Source of the DNA: Takakia lepidozioides
Lineage: Eukaryota > Plantae > Bryophyta
Assembly: GCA_030704615.1 (NCBI GenBank)
Contig: CM060731.1
Location: 1,364,001-1,428,000, forward strand
Direction of reading: 5' to 3'
Length of the DNA: 64,000 nt
Shown here piece by piece: positions 25,531 to 37,342 of the stretch (its first letter is position 1; every line of letters starts with the position of its first letter). Position numbers and translations under genes: made by a program. The notes under the pieces are model-generated. The model searched no databases, had not been told where the DNA came from, and was given only the letters and a program-made list of their open reading frames with translations.

Positions 25531-28500
25531 TTAGGTGGATTTAACCTTGCGAGATGGTGGCCTGCGAAAAGCTCCAACAAGATCGTCAAATCCCTGCAAA
25601 AACATTGTTGCAACATGCTTGTTTTGTAAGTTGTCTGCTCTTTCGACGCTCTACTAAGCAGCAAGGAACTTGTCAGAGACGAACTTCGCACCACCTTCCA
25701 TTAGTAAGCAAATCGGACATAGTCACAGTCACTGATCACAGGATCACTTGTCCAATCAGTCAAAATCATGACAAGCAGTGAGTGACGGCTACCTTGGTTG
25801 TGACTAGCAGGATCAGAAACAGAACTCCCAGATAGGCTCCCACAGCCAACATTATAAACAAATCAAATGTTACACTTGCCACCTGTCACCGATCAACCAC
25901 CCTTCATGTCAATTCCATTGGACAGACAACTTCAATACACTAACTCTACTCTGCCCAACAGCATTCCTAACAAAACCCAAACAACATCAGCAGACAGAAG
26001 AAATCATGGTTAGTTGAAGTCACCTGATATATATTGAGTTGCGCCTTTGTCAAATCGTAGAAGACGAAAGAGGAGTCCAATAAGTCATGTTGGACACTCA
26101 CTTCTTTAGTATGGTCAGCCAATTCCTGCACCAAGAAATACAATGAAAGCAGTCATATTTTTCATCCAGATGCTGTTGCAGATGCCTACATATTTGACAT
26201 ACAACGCAGTAACACACTGCTGGAAGAAAAGCTCTTCAGCGAGCAATCCGCAGCTCACCGTGCCCCGGGGTTACTGAGAGAGGAATATTAGTTCGAATCC
26301 CAGATTTCCTCTAGAAAGCCCCTCACATAAGCATCTGTCTGCTGTGTGCGAGCCCCCAGCAATTAGACCCAACATGGCCAGGGCTCGGCCTCGAAATTTT
26401 GAAAGTTGGTGAACAGAGGTGCAGGGACTATGTTCTCGATGGTAAGGTCCTGAAGAAGGTCACTCTCTGATGAGGATACCCCGGACACTGTATCAGAAAA
26501 TGGATGGCATTGACTACCTCCTTTTCCTCTCTGCATCTCTTATTGTTCAAAGGTAGACTCCCCACCCTGAGTTTAGATTTCAGTGTACTGCCGAGGGTAA
26601 GTAGGCCCTTCAGGCCCATGGTACAGAGTAGAGCAACAAGAAAGCTATATCCGGCAGAGGGAACAGCACAAAATATTTCAATGAGGGTTATATCCTGGGG
26701 GATTCCTGGACCCTGAAAACACGGTTAGGATATTGCCTTTTCCGCCAAAGTTTGATCTAGGGTCTCGCCCCTCTATGTTCTTGAAGAAAGCAGAAGAGAG
26801 CATGCAAGAGAATTGCATACCTTGTGCAGAGCGGTAACAAGTGGAGCATTTTTTGTGAGGAAAGCGGCGACACGGGGAGTGTGAGAGAGGAGGTCAAGCC
26901 AGAGGCGCACGTAGGAAGGGTTGATAGCTAGGCTGCTTCCTTCGGCAAACACGTCTATCTGCCTTCCTTGCTGTCCATATATGTGCTTCTGCTCATACAA
27001 TTTATCACACAAATAACAGTTAGATTTCTTGCACACAACCCAGAACATTACTGCTATCCACCACAGGTCAGAAGAAAGCTCACATACTGATACATAGATC
27101 AATGAACTCTTTGTACATATTAATTTCAAATTTCTTCGTTCAAGTGGAAGGACAGACCCCCTAGTTTGGTGTATGTGTTTCAACAGCTTAAGCAATTCAA
27201 TCACACAGGGACAATTTAGTAGGTTGGAAGTGAAAAAGGTTAAGTCACTTACCGCTAGGCTCTCCGCTACAAGCTTAATACTGTTGATGACAGCAGTATC
27301 ATTCACTGTCTTCCTGCATGCACGGAAGCATCGGTTGTAACAGCACGCAACCACCACTAACTATGTTCAACTTGCCTGTATACATATAAAAGACCAACAT
27401 GACCAGATAGGCCGATGGACTTCCATAGTTCTGTTACCATATAGAAGGCTCATATGAGGAATACCGGCTGTCAGAAATGCCACCAGTATGTTGCAACAAC
27501 TCAGGGGCAGAATCTAGGCGGGATAAAGTGGCTGCTGTGATTCGATGTCGTGAAAACTGCTCATGCTCCCACGCTACCTGTGTCCATTCAGTCACATGTC
27601 AAAGAATGCGGTTTCCTGGTAAAATGCATGAAGTGATTGGGAATGAACTCACCAGACAATCTGACCAGGACAGAGACACGAGTAAAAATTGTAGGAATCA
27701 TTGGTTTCAAGTAGTGGTAGCCATGACCTCATGCTCGATCAATAAACAAGGACGGAGTGTCCAATGCCACATTTCAAAAAGGGCCTTGGACAAAATGGAT
27801 GAGCAATATGGCGTTCTTAGATATCTCAACTCACTTGCAACTTAGTATGGATGTTAACCATGCCAGGAAAAAATACAGTTAATAAAAAGGAGGGATAATA
27901 CTGCTGCAAGTATAAGCCTCAATTTCTAAGCCACATAGGGTAGTCAGAAGAGCCCATACTCGTGGATTAGAGATATTTATTTTCTTGTGCTTGATTTCCA
28001 CAGAGATATCTAAATCCTGTGCTGCATCTGCAATCTCCTGCACCCACAACTCCAGAGCTGTCCATGAAATCTCTCCACATTCCTCCTTAACATTCCTACC
28101 ACAAGCAACTTCTTCTCCCCCTTCAATTATGGATTAATCTGATAATAGAAGACCAAGGATGGGATCCCCATAGCTACCTAGAGACACTCAAGGCCAATGC
28201 TAAGAGGTGTCTACATGTCTACACGACTTCCTCAACACAGAGTATTAGTCACTGCTCAAGCATTTAGACAACAAACTCTACCTGAAGATTAGCTTGGCCT
28301 AATCCGAAGTCTGTTAACAACCTTTGTGACTGTACTTTTGTGATCCTCAACTTTTTGTGGGATAATTTCTTCTTGTTGTGAAAAAATCATGGACTGCTTA
28401 CATTCAAGATAAGTTTTTTACAGAGTGACACCACAAAGGAATACCCCAAGACTATCTCCAGGTCCACTGCTGTACTTTCTCCTCAGGCGCTCACTTTACA

Positions 28501-31500
28501 TGCTGCGTTTTTTTAATAGACTCACTACCTCTTGTGTAGCATCTTATTCATGGAATTACCAGTTACTGTGAACACATAAACTGAACTTGTTTCAGGCAGA
28601 TATGAACTGGCAGATAGTCCAAGTGGAGAGCACTGTACGTTATATATCTGTTTGATAAAAGCGTTGTCAGGGGGCTTGGAAACGTGCAACCATAGCTGAC
28701 TGCTCCTGGAACCTAAGGTATTCAAGCACAGTGCATACTCCATGCTCTCCCTAATGCGCTGGTCAAAGTTGCGAAGCCACTGCCCATCAGTTCAATAGCA
28801 GCCCAATCAGAAACCTGCCTTTCTGCCTGACAGGAAAACAGCACCCATATTTTGTAGGTGGGCATTGAGATGTTAACTTCCCAGAAAAAAACGCTACTGT
28901 TCACATTTCACAAGCAAACAGCTTTCAGGACAAGTAGATTTCAGTACTCACCTTGTACGTGCCATTATAATTGTAAGGTCCTCCAGCTGTTAAGCCAAAG
29001 AGCAAATTATAAGGCCCACGTGTTTTTGGATTGGCGTACAGGCGAGAAAACAGACGAGCCAACTCCAGCAAGGCCACCACACCACTTCCATTGCTGTCAC
29101 TGCCCACTGCAAGTGCCTGCATGCCATCCATCCCCTCTCTTGCCTTCTTCAGTTGTTGAAATGACAACATTTGACAATTCCCTACTTTCATCAGGAAAAG
29201 TCTCCACACCATATATTCCCCCCAGAAATGTCACCAATATGTTGGGGAAACCCATAGAACCCCACAACCTCAACAAAAGGTCACACGTTTGTAGTTCTTC
29301 TCATGTTGGTCAGGTTCAAAATTTCTTTGTGGAAGATTGTACAAATGTGAAAAAGTTGCAAATGCAGGGAGGTAATAATGGTCTTGACCATTCACATAGC
29401 TTAAAGTAAAAAAAGAAAGGGTTGATGCCTGCCGAAGCCAGCATAAATTATGGGGTATCTTCACCCTGAACAGCCACTGCCTTCCGTTGGGAAGGTGGTC
29501 CACCTTCTAACAGCCGCAACCAGGGCAACATGGTTGCCCAAAGGACTCCGTGGCTTAGAACCCACAACCACTTAAAAGGCGGCCTTGTGCCCTAACCAAC
29601 TGGGGCCATCTGTTGGATGCTGCTTTATCTCGTATTATGCACATCTATGTTCATTTTCTGACAACAGCCAAGGGTTACTGCTTATATCCAACCAGGAATG
29701 CAAGGGGCAAGACATCCAGGTACTAGCTTATTGACAGGTTTTCTTACAGGTGCAGCTCCAAAGGTATCGTAGGATGCCACAATCGCAATAGTTGGGAGTA
29801 CCGAGTTGTCGCCCTCTACCCGCAAACCTGGCAGCCACCCCTGCACACCAATACTTGCAACTAAAATTCACGAAAGCACCTCAAGCAGACCTTCCAAGGT
29901 TCCCCCACACTGAATTGAGGTTCCCTAACATCTCCTGTTCCACAGTTCAACATGCAAGCTTGTCAGAGCCAACAGATTCCCTTACATACGCCTCCTTTGC
30001 GGTTGAAACTCTAAAAGTTGAGATTACCTTAGCAATATAGAGTATTCGGAACCAAGATCTGCAAGTGTTGTTGCCACATGAGGCAGGTTGATGGTTGCTG
30101 TCTACCTTAAGTTCGTCAAACGGCGTGATTGCAGTTATGGCTGACTAATACTGTCTAGGCGTGGTTTGGGCATTGATAGGACATCATGGCTATCTGTGCC
30201 CTGTGTAAACAAACTTTTGAAAAGTTGGGTAATGGAACCGCTCATCAAGTTCTTATTATAGAGGATCTTTTAGCAAAGGCTGATTCATTGCAATTGGCCT
30301 GTTGTTGAGTGGTCTAAGCGATTGGGATCCCACCTCATTTGCTGGGAGAAAGGGGACCAGAATCCACGCCAAAACAATGAGTTGTTGATTCATAATCGTT
30401 GCAGCAAATGATCAAGGCATAATTGCAGGGAGGGTAAAAGGCTAGGGCTAGAGGTCTAGATAAACCTGAATGTTTGTGAGGGTCGGTGGGGACAGCTTTT
30501 TAGCATCCGTAACTGGCACCACCAGCTTGTACCTGCGTCCACCATGTACTCCCACAACTTAAATTACAATGGAAGACAAGCTTCACAGTCCAGCCAGGTC
30601 ATCCGTCCCTACCCTTGCCACACGCCTTGGCTCATTCATCTCCTCTTTCAAAATTGCAGTGAACAATGCTTAACTTCCACCAAATTGCTGCATTTACTCA
30701 CTCCTTGCAGTGTCAAAGACTTATCTTTGCATTTTTCAAAAAGAGAAGATTTGTCTGCAACATCAGTGTTTACAGAAAGACGCAATGAATGCAACCTTCC
30801 TTGATGCACGAGCTACAAAGGATGAGGGAGGTGAAGGTACCCGCCAGTAGTAGCTGTGGCAGGTCTACCAGCCACATCATTGATTGAGACATCCTTCAAC
30901 ATGCTTAGGAGGTTTTCATCCTCATATGCGAAATACACTGGGTACTGCACCAAATCCCCCACACAAAATATTACTGCGGAGCATATTGCCAATTCAACCC
31001 CCAGGAGCATGATATATGGATGGTGATAGCACATCCATTACAGCTCTCCAGACTCGAACTACTCTGAAAAGGAGGACTCCACATGCTCAGCAAATTACTT
31101 GCATTTGAAACCCATGAGAACCCCACAATGCACACCTGCACCATTTTGACCATATTAACAACTTATACTCCTGGTCTGCCACAGTTCCTCCCCACAAGGA
31201 TGTTCAGAAAGGATGACACAACCATCCTGGTTGCTGATGGTAGTACAAAGGTTGGACTATGACAATCTGAGGACTTCACTGGTACAACATACCACAGTAA
31301 TGAACAGGATGCTATTGCTAAAATGGCCTTTTATTCTCTGGGGCTGGGCCTACCCACCAGAAAAACAGGGGTTTTATTCACAAGCTTTCCCTCTTTGGTA
31401 CACACCAAGTGAAATGTGCACCTGGCCACAGAAGACCAAATGCAGGAAATAGCCTGCTGTGAGAATCAATAAAGGCTGAATTTTTGCTTATTGAGCTCAA

Positions 31501-32804
31501 TATAGCTACATGCACATTCACCTACCAATCATCCATTTGCAGCTATGTCACAAATGAAAACCACACTCTGAGAAAATGTTCAAGGATTGCAGTCCTCGCT
31601 TGACAACTTCTGCAGATGTACCCTCATAATAAACTTGCTTGGGCGCATAGGGGCCTTGCTATATCTTCTCTTGATATACAAATATGTAAGCTAGCAGAGT
31701 GTCATGGATTACAGGATACGGACTAATCACTAGCGACTCAAGACTACCAGGAGTTGCACATGATAACTCTGTTTCAACTTATTACAAGGAACTATCTTCC
31801 GTACATTCAGTCTCTCCATCCAACAGATGGCAGGGTTGGGATTGCAGTATCCTAAACCCCAAATTTGCACTTACTGGGATGCTGTTGTGCACAAGCCACT
31901 GCTCCAATGCCGCAAGGCACGTTGTCACCTCTTGATCGCCATCCTCACTGTCCCCTTCACTCTCTGACTGCTCTTGCCCCCCAAAATTCTGAGGTAACAA
32001 CAAGAGCAGCCCTCCCAACAGGCGCTTGCTTTGCAAATACTCTGCGGGTAAGGAGAGACGAAGAATCAAACCCCGCCACCTCTACCTTTGTGTGCTTGCT
32101 TTCTGGCCCCATCATTCCTGCCTTCAGACTCACTTAAAGGAAATTTATCGCTTACACTTTCATCAGAGGAAGGCAGTCGACCAGCCCTAGGAGCAGAAGC
32201 ATGTGCCATGAACCTCAAACTCGATGCTAAGTGTTCTGTCTTCATCACGGCAAACTTTTCGAGCAAATTTTGAAAAGTGTTCGATCCCAGACAGGGAGTA
32301 GGAACTCTACAAAACTTGACAGAGTGTTGGGTTGGGTACAGAGGGTGCCAAAAAAACAGTGGAAAGCGGAAGGCATGTTCAAATTCTGACCAGCAAAGCG
32401 ATGAATCCACTTTCAGCTAGAGCTTCATTCACAACATCCCTTTATTTTTCGCTAGCCTCCACATAGCCAGTTGCTGAAGGAGTGCCCGAGTAGCCTCGTG
32501 ACGGACAGCTAGACACGAAGGATCGCACAGGTTACTTACCATTCAAGAGTGTGATATTGACTTTTCTGATGGGGAGTATGACAACAGTGCGAGACAGGTC
32601 GGAGCCTTGCACCGAAAGGCCAGAGGAGGCATGATGGTTGAGTGCGGCCCGCCTAGAACCCAAGGGTGTAGCGCCCAGATCATATTGAATCATACGGTAC
32701 ACCTCCACCACTGCGGCTCCATCCGCCACCACTGCAGCTACCAAACCCACCAGGAGTGCCACCATGGCCTGCCACATTACCCTCTCCCGCATGCCCACAG
32801 CCAT
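25531..32804 (-). CDS. NCLN: Nicalin (M28 peptidase-like ER membrane protein), multi-exon
   Basis: A signal peptide precedes VVEVYRMIQYDL..PLGSRRAALNHHA, LLGGLLLLLP, YPVYFAYED, GWLPGL..LPTIAIVASYDTFGAAP, LAVGSDSNGSGVVALLELARLFS, VAWEHEQFS, VASVTFDL with a TM segment, and the C-terminus GFDDLVGAFRRPPSRKVKST*. Confidence 0.93.
26290..26770 (-). mobile_element. LINE (RTE/RTEX-like) 3' fragment in a nicalin intron
   Basis: Translates to KLRVGSLPLN...IHFLIQCPGY..QR, a LINE ORF2 C-terminal pattern. The nucleotide sequence matches 57050-57730 in the opposite orientation. Confidence 0.65.
29405..29610 (-). mobile_element. tRNA-derived SINE in a nicalin intron
   Basis: The minus strand shows an A-box-like TGGCCCCAGTTGGTTAGGGC, a B-box-like GGGTTCTAAGCC about 30 nt later, and a tail CCCTTTCTTTTTTT. 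No TSD was found. Confidence 0.6.
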
Positions 32805-33163
32805 TGCGCTCTGCTTCCGAAGAATGGAGCAGCTCACAAGCCAAAAGAGAGGGCGTAATGGGTAGAGAAGGGCCTTATGAGCGTAATTGACGGCCTTCTG
32901 TTTAGTCCAACGAGTCAACAGATGTCCCTACTGTACAACGGCACCCCGACAACGCCGTCGGCTGTGATGAGTGTTGACCTCCCCTCGCCCCCACCAACCC
33001 AAGTATGAAGCCTGCCCGCATATCATGCTCTGCGATTTTATACCTACCCCTTCTCGTACCACCCAAAGCCCTAATCTCGGATACTGGCATCCATCGTCTC
33101 TCTGTTTTTCCAACTGGGTAGGCATCGTTTGGACACGTTGAGAGGGACAGGAGCATTGTAAAT
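32805..33163. promoter_or_regulatory. Short divergent (putative bidirectional) promoter between nicalin and the PAN-cyclophilin gene
   Basis: Head-to-head ATGs at 32804 (-) and 33164 (+) are ~360 bp apart. A telobox-like AAGCCCTAA lies at ~33066. Confidence 0.6.
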
Positions 33164-36100
33164 ATGGGAAGACGGCCGAGTCATGGAGGATGGAGATTCA
33201 ATCTCATGTTGCTCACGATCACCTGCATCACTTCTGTAGCTGTCTATTTTGCTGTATCCCCTTTTTTTCATAATTCATCTTCACGCATAGATATTCTGCA
33301 GAAGACGATGGAACCCAGCAAAGAGGAGGCGGGCTGCTGTAGCGGCATAGAGCATCGGGAAATGTGGGGGTCAGCTGTAAACTGGGGCGCTGATTTTTTG
33401 GTGAACACATCAACTCAGTGTTGCAATGCCTGCAAAGCTATGTGTGTCAAAGGCGGGCCTTGCGAGTGCAACTCCTGGGTTTTCTGTGGTGATCGCTCAA
33501 GATGCGGTGACATGTATCGGCAGGTTCCGTCCTGTTACGACTCTATCTCTTCTCTCTTTATCGTGCCTCCCAGTAGATTGTGTAGGTTTGTTCATTATCC
33601 TTGTGACATTCCCAAGAATTGCATACATTGTGGACGATGAGGAGAGTAATTTCTTAGGCGACCCAGACAAAGGAGAAGAACGGGACTGCACTTTCCTTCA
33701 TGTGGTCTATATTAGTCAATCGACTCCTTGAGGATAGAATTTGTGAGGTGCTTGACTGTCGCTAGAGTAGTAGCAGTGTATTGTATCGTACAAGTGTCTG
33801 AGATTCATGAAATGGACAAATCATCTCTCCTAGGATTCGGGAAGCAATGAAACAGGCCGTGTCCGGGTGAAGAATGCTAAAGGGAGGCGTTCTTTGCAGT
33901 TTTTAGCATAAAGAAGCCAGAGGGGAAGGCAAAGAAAATGTGGTGCCATCAATGTAACAACTCGAAAGAACAAAGATTTGATATTTTGTCTCACCCTTGA
34001 GAAATTAATTGATACCCTAAGGGATCGAGGAGCATGCTGATGAGATGCACGTTTCTTGGCCAAGGAGGCCTTCTGAGTGAATCCAACTCAGAATGTTCTC
34101 AGACAACTTGTGATCTGAAGGCAGCACATACTGGCCCAGTGTTTAGTGCTGAGGCCCTTGAAACCCAGACACCTGAATATTGACGCATACTCCTCCTTGG
34201 GGCAGAATTCTGGTAGGACTGGGATACAGGTAGTGCCTTTGGAAAAAATCTTCTGGAGAACCTATTCAGGAATAAAGCTACGTTATTCATCATAGCAAAT
34301 TATACCGTAACAAGCCATGGTGACTGTCTCCTTTCTTTCTGCTTTTTATCTTTGCTCCACTTGATCCTGTGCTTTCAAAAGAGGGATTTTTGTTCTTGGA
34401 TTCACATAACCCCCAAAATCCCCAGTCCTACAACAGTGTGACAGAGCAGTCATCTAGTATCCCATGGTGACTGTACCCTCAAGGTCTGTCACAACTAGGG
34501 TCACAGGCACACTGAGTACTTTTTAGTCTATGGCCACAATCATCGTGAAATGTAAACATGCCTCCAACACACGAACGTGTGCATGTGTATATTAGACGGT
34601 GAGTGACTATTCCATGCCAACCAGGGGTTCATTGGAAGTTGCTCTGCAGAGTGGATCAGATTCACTGAAGGAGCAGGGGGTTTGTTTGGATGGGATGGTG
34701 AGCCAGTGTTGGTTGAAGAAGCAGGTGGATGTGCTGGCCCCTGAATATATGACACCGGTGAATCTGGATGTACCTTGGACAACAGGTCTGGTATACGGGA
34801 CGGACTCGGTACGATTTTCCACTGCTTGCCTTAGTTGGTTTATTAATGTCAGCTGAATAACCAGGACTTACTGAAGGTGACTGGGACTGGATGGGATGTA
34901 AGCAGGGGATTGTCGCTTTGGAGACTGAGCATGGAACCATTCACTTGAAGGTGAGCATTCTTAATTTCAGCTGAACAGGTCAGCAGGTGACTCAATTTGA
35001 GTCAAAAAGCTATACTATCTACTACACACTTGATGTGAACAGGGAATATGTTGGGTTGACAACCTTTTTCCAGTATCTTTGAAATAGGAGGTTTCACTTC
35101 TCATACAGGGTTAGAAGTACAAAAGTTTTATGATGGACTCCTTGAAGGAAAGTGCCTCCTAAGTGGTTGGTTGGAACTCTTTTTATTGTGCCAGTTACAC
35201 GACCATGAAGCCATAATTTTCAGCTTGTTGTGATGTGGATCCAATGTATGTGGCACATGGTCTCAGAGACCTGATTGTCTTTTTAGGAGTCTGCAGAAAC
35301 TGTGTGATGTTAGCAGTTTTCTTGCAATAATCTGGCATTTGAGATGGAGGCTGAAGGGTATTGGAATGGGAGTGGATGCAGCTGTTGCCAGATTGTGCAC
35401 CGCAGTCAGTGGCCTACATTTTGGAGCTCCTGAGGTTACGCCACTGTGCAGGCTGTCATTTCTATCGAGCTGACAGTCGTGCTCATTTTTGGGATGCTCA
35501 AGGAAAACATATACCTAAGGTGGTGTAAGCATATCTGGTGCCGATGTATGATTAATTTTTCTTTTGTATATCTTTGCATTACACCAACATTAAGTCCTTA
35601 AGTTCAAAACTGAGGTATCAATTAAGTTGGCGACTGAAAGTTGGCAGCATGTTGAGCACCTCATCACCGATCAGGTGGGCATTGCATGTCAGCAGGTGGA
35701 ACTGCAAAATTGCAGTGGGGCTTTGCAGTGCTTGAGATAGTGCCCACAATGTCTGGCTTTCCGAAGGTTGCCCATTTTGATATAGCTGTTTAGAACTGCA
35801 GGTGGGCCTTAGAAACGTCAAAAACTGTAGAGGGCCGTTTATTTTTATTTTTTGACTTTTCCCTGACCTGATTCAATGGTTAGGGTGCAGTGAGTTAAGG
35901 TACTGATTGTTGTGTTGGGTACAGAGTGCTGTTGGTCCACCGTATGGTGTACTGCAAGGCACATTGGAGGCTCGGAGTATGTCCTTTCCAACACTTCCAA
36001 GAGAATCGTGCCCAGTGGTCAAGAGAGGGATGGTGGGCTGGGTGGAGGGTGGGCCTGACTTCTTCGTCAGTCTGGCAAATCACAATGAGTGGTATCCTAA

Positions 36101-36251
36101 GTACACTGTTTTTGCCTTGGTACTGCCTGCCGATATGGCATTGCTTGAGAAGCTGGTCAAACTACCCTCCACCTCATCTGTTTGGAGTGGGGTGACAGTG
36201 GAAGTCCTCAAAAACCCCATCAACCTTCACTTCCGTAGACCTAAATTGTAA
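33164..36251 (+). CDS. Membrane-anchored PAN/apple domain plus cyclophilin-like fold protein (At4g17070-like), 5 exons
   Basis: An N-terminal TM segment is followed by EMWGSAVNWG...CCNACK..CNSWVFCG..C...QCWLKKQ...PWTTG, then ETEHGTIHLKLLPDCAPQSVAYI..CHFYRA and GPPYGVLQG...RGMVGWVEGGPDFFVSLANHNEW..YTVFA. GT-AG junctions are at ~33523/34707, 34808/34905, 34950/35381 and 35518/35924. Confidence 0.88.
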
Positions 36252-37342
36252 CAGAAAAGGATCCTTATCATTGGGCACCTGCATATGTTGACATCCTTTT
36301 AATTGAGTCATCTATGCACTCGGGCCCTTAAGGGTATTGAGAGTGTACAATAGCAATCTTAAATGCGCCCACTTAGACAGTTTCCAGTAAACAACTACCC
36401 TCACATAACAGGAAATTTTCTAGGGTATGTACAAATGCCTCAAGATGATTGTGCCAGCACCAAGAAGAGAAATACTGGAATCTTTTCCATGTTGATAAGT
36501 GCTGTTAGTAGATGCTATGACATTCTGTAGGAAGTCCAGTTGGTTCGGAAAACAATAACACAGTGCTCATGCTACTCCTGATGGACAGCTAGATCTGTTC
36601 CATTTTCTCTGTGGCAATGCACTGAGGACCAGGCATCTTGGCAAATGGTTCATGCTATGTTTTGCGCCTCCTGAGCACCGATACTGGCAACAAACAGAAG
36701 CTGAGAAACAAGAAACCAAATAACCAAGTGTAGCCAGTGTAGACAATCAAACCTGAAAGTGTCAAAAAATCAACTTTTTCTTTCGGAAAGTGGAATAGAG
36801 GCCCCAAAATCAGGTTTGAGAAAGCCAAGGCAAAAGAGAGGCTGCCACCTCCACGCCAGGGACCAAACATACAGACTAACACAGAGTAGGTCACAAGTCA
36901 AAAGGAATCCTAACTCCGTAGCCGGAGAGGATTGAACTTGATGTGAGCTTTGATCTTGGAACCAGTTGATGTCTAACTCATGCTCTTCCCAGATGTGGAA
37001 AAAATTAACCATAGGGCACAATCGACTTCCTCTTCAAAAGATTTCTTTTAATGAAAAATAGACACGATCCCAAAAGCTGTGGGACTATTTATGCATGGAT
37101 GTTGAAAGTAATTTTGGAGCAAAGAAATAGTAACCAAATTTAGAGTACTATTGATATGCTTGGTGAGCCTTTCCTCTCGAACTCCTAAACTCAAAACCCT
37201 AAACTTCTCACTCGACATATAATCAATGCTGAGGCTCACTCTTACACTTGAAAGCCTCAGTGTGGGTTTGTGCCCACCATTGCCTTAATGCACAAAGTAA
37301 ACTCTATTTTAGATTGTATCAGCACAATACCTACCCCTATAG

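Noticed and set aside
36655-37300. Possible decayed LINE 3' end downstream of the PPR pseudogene
   Set aside because: Only a vague resemblance, with no diagnostic motif.
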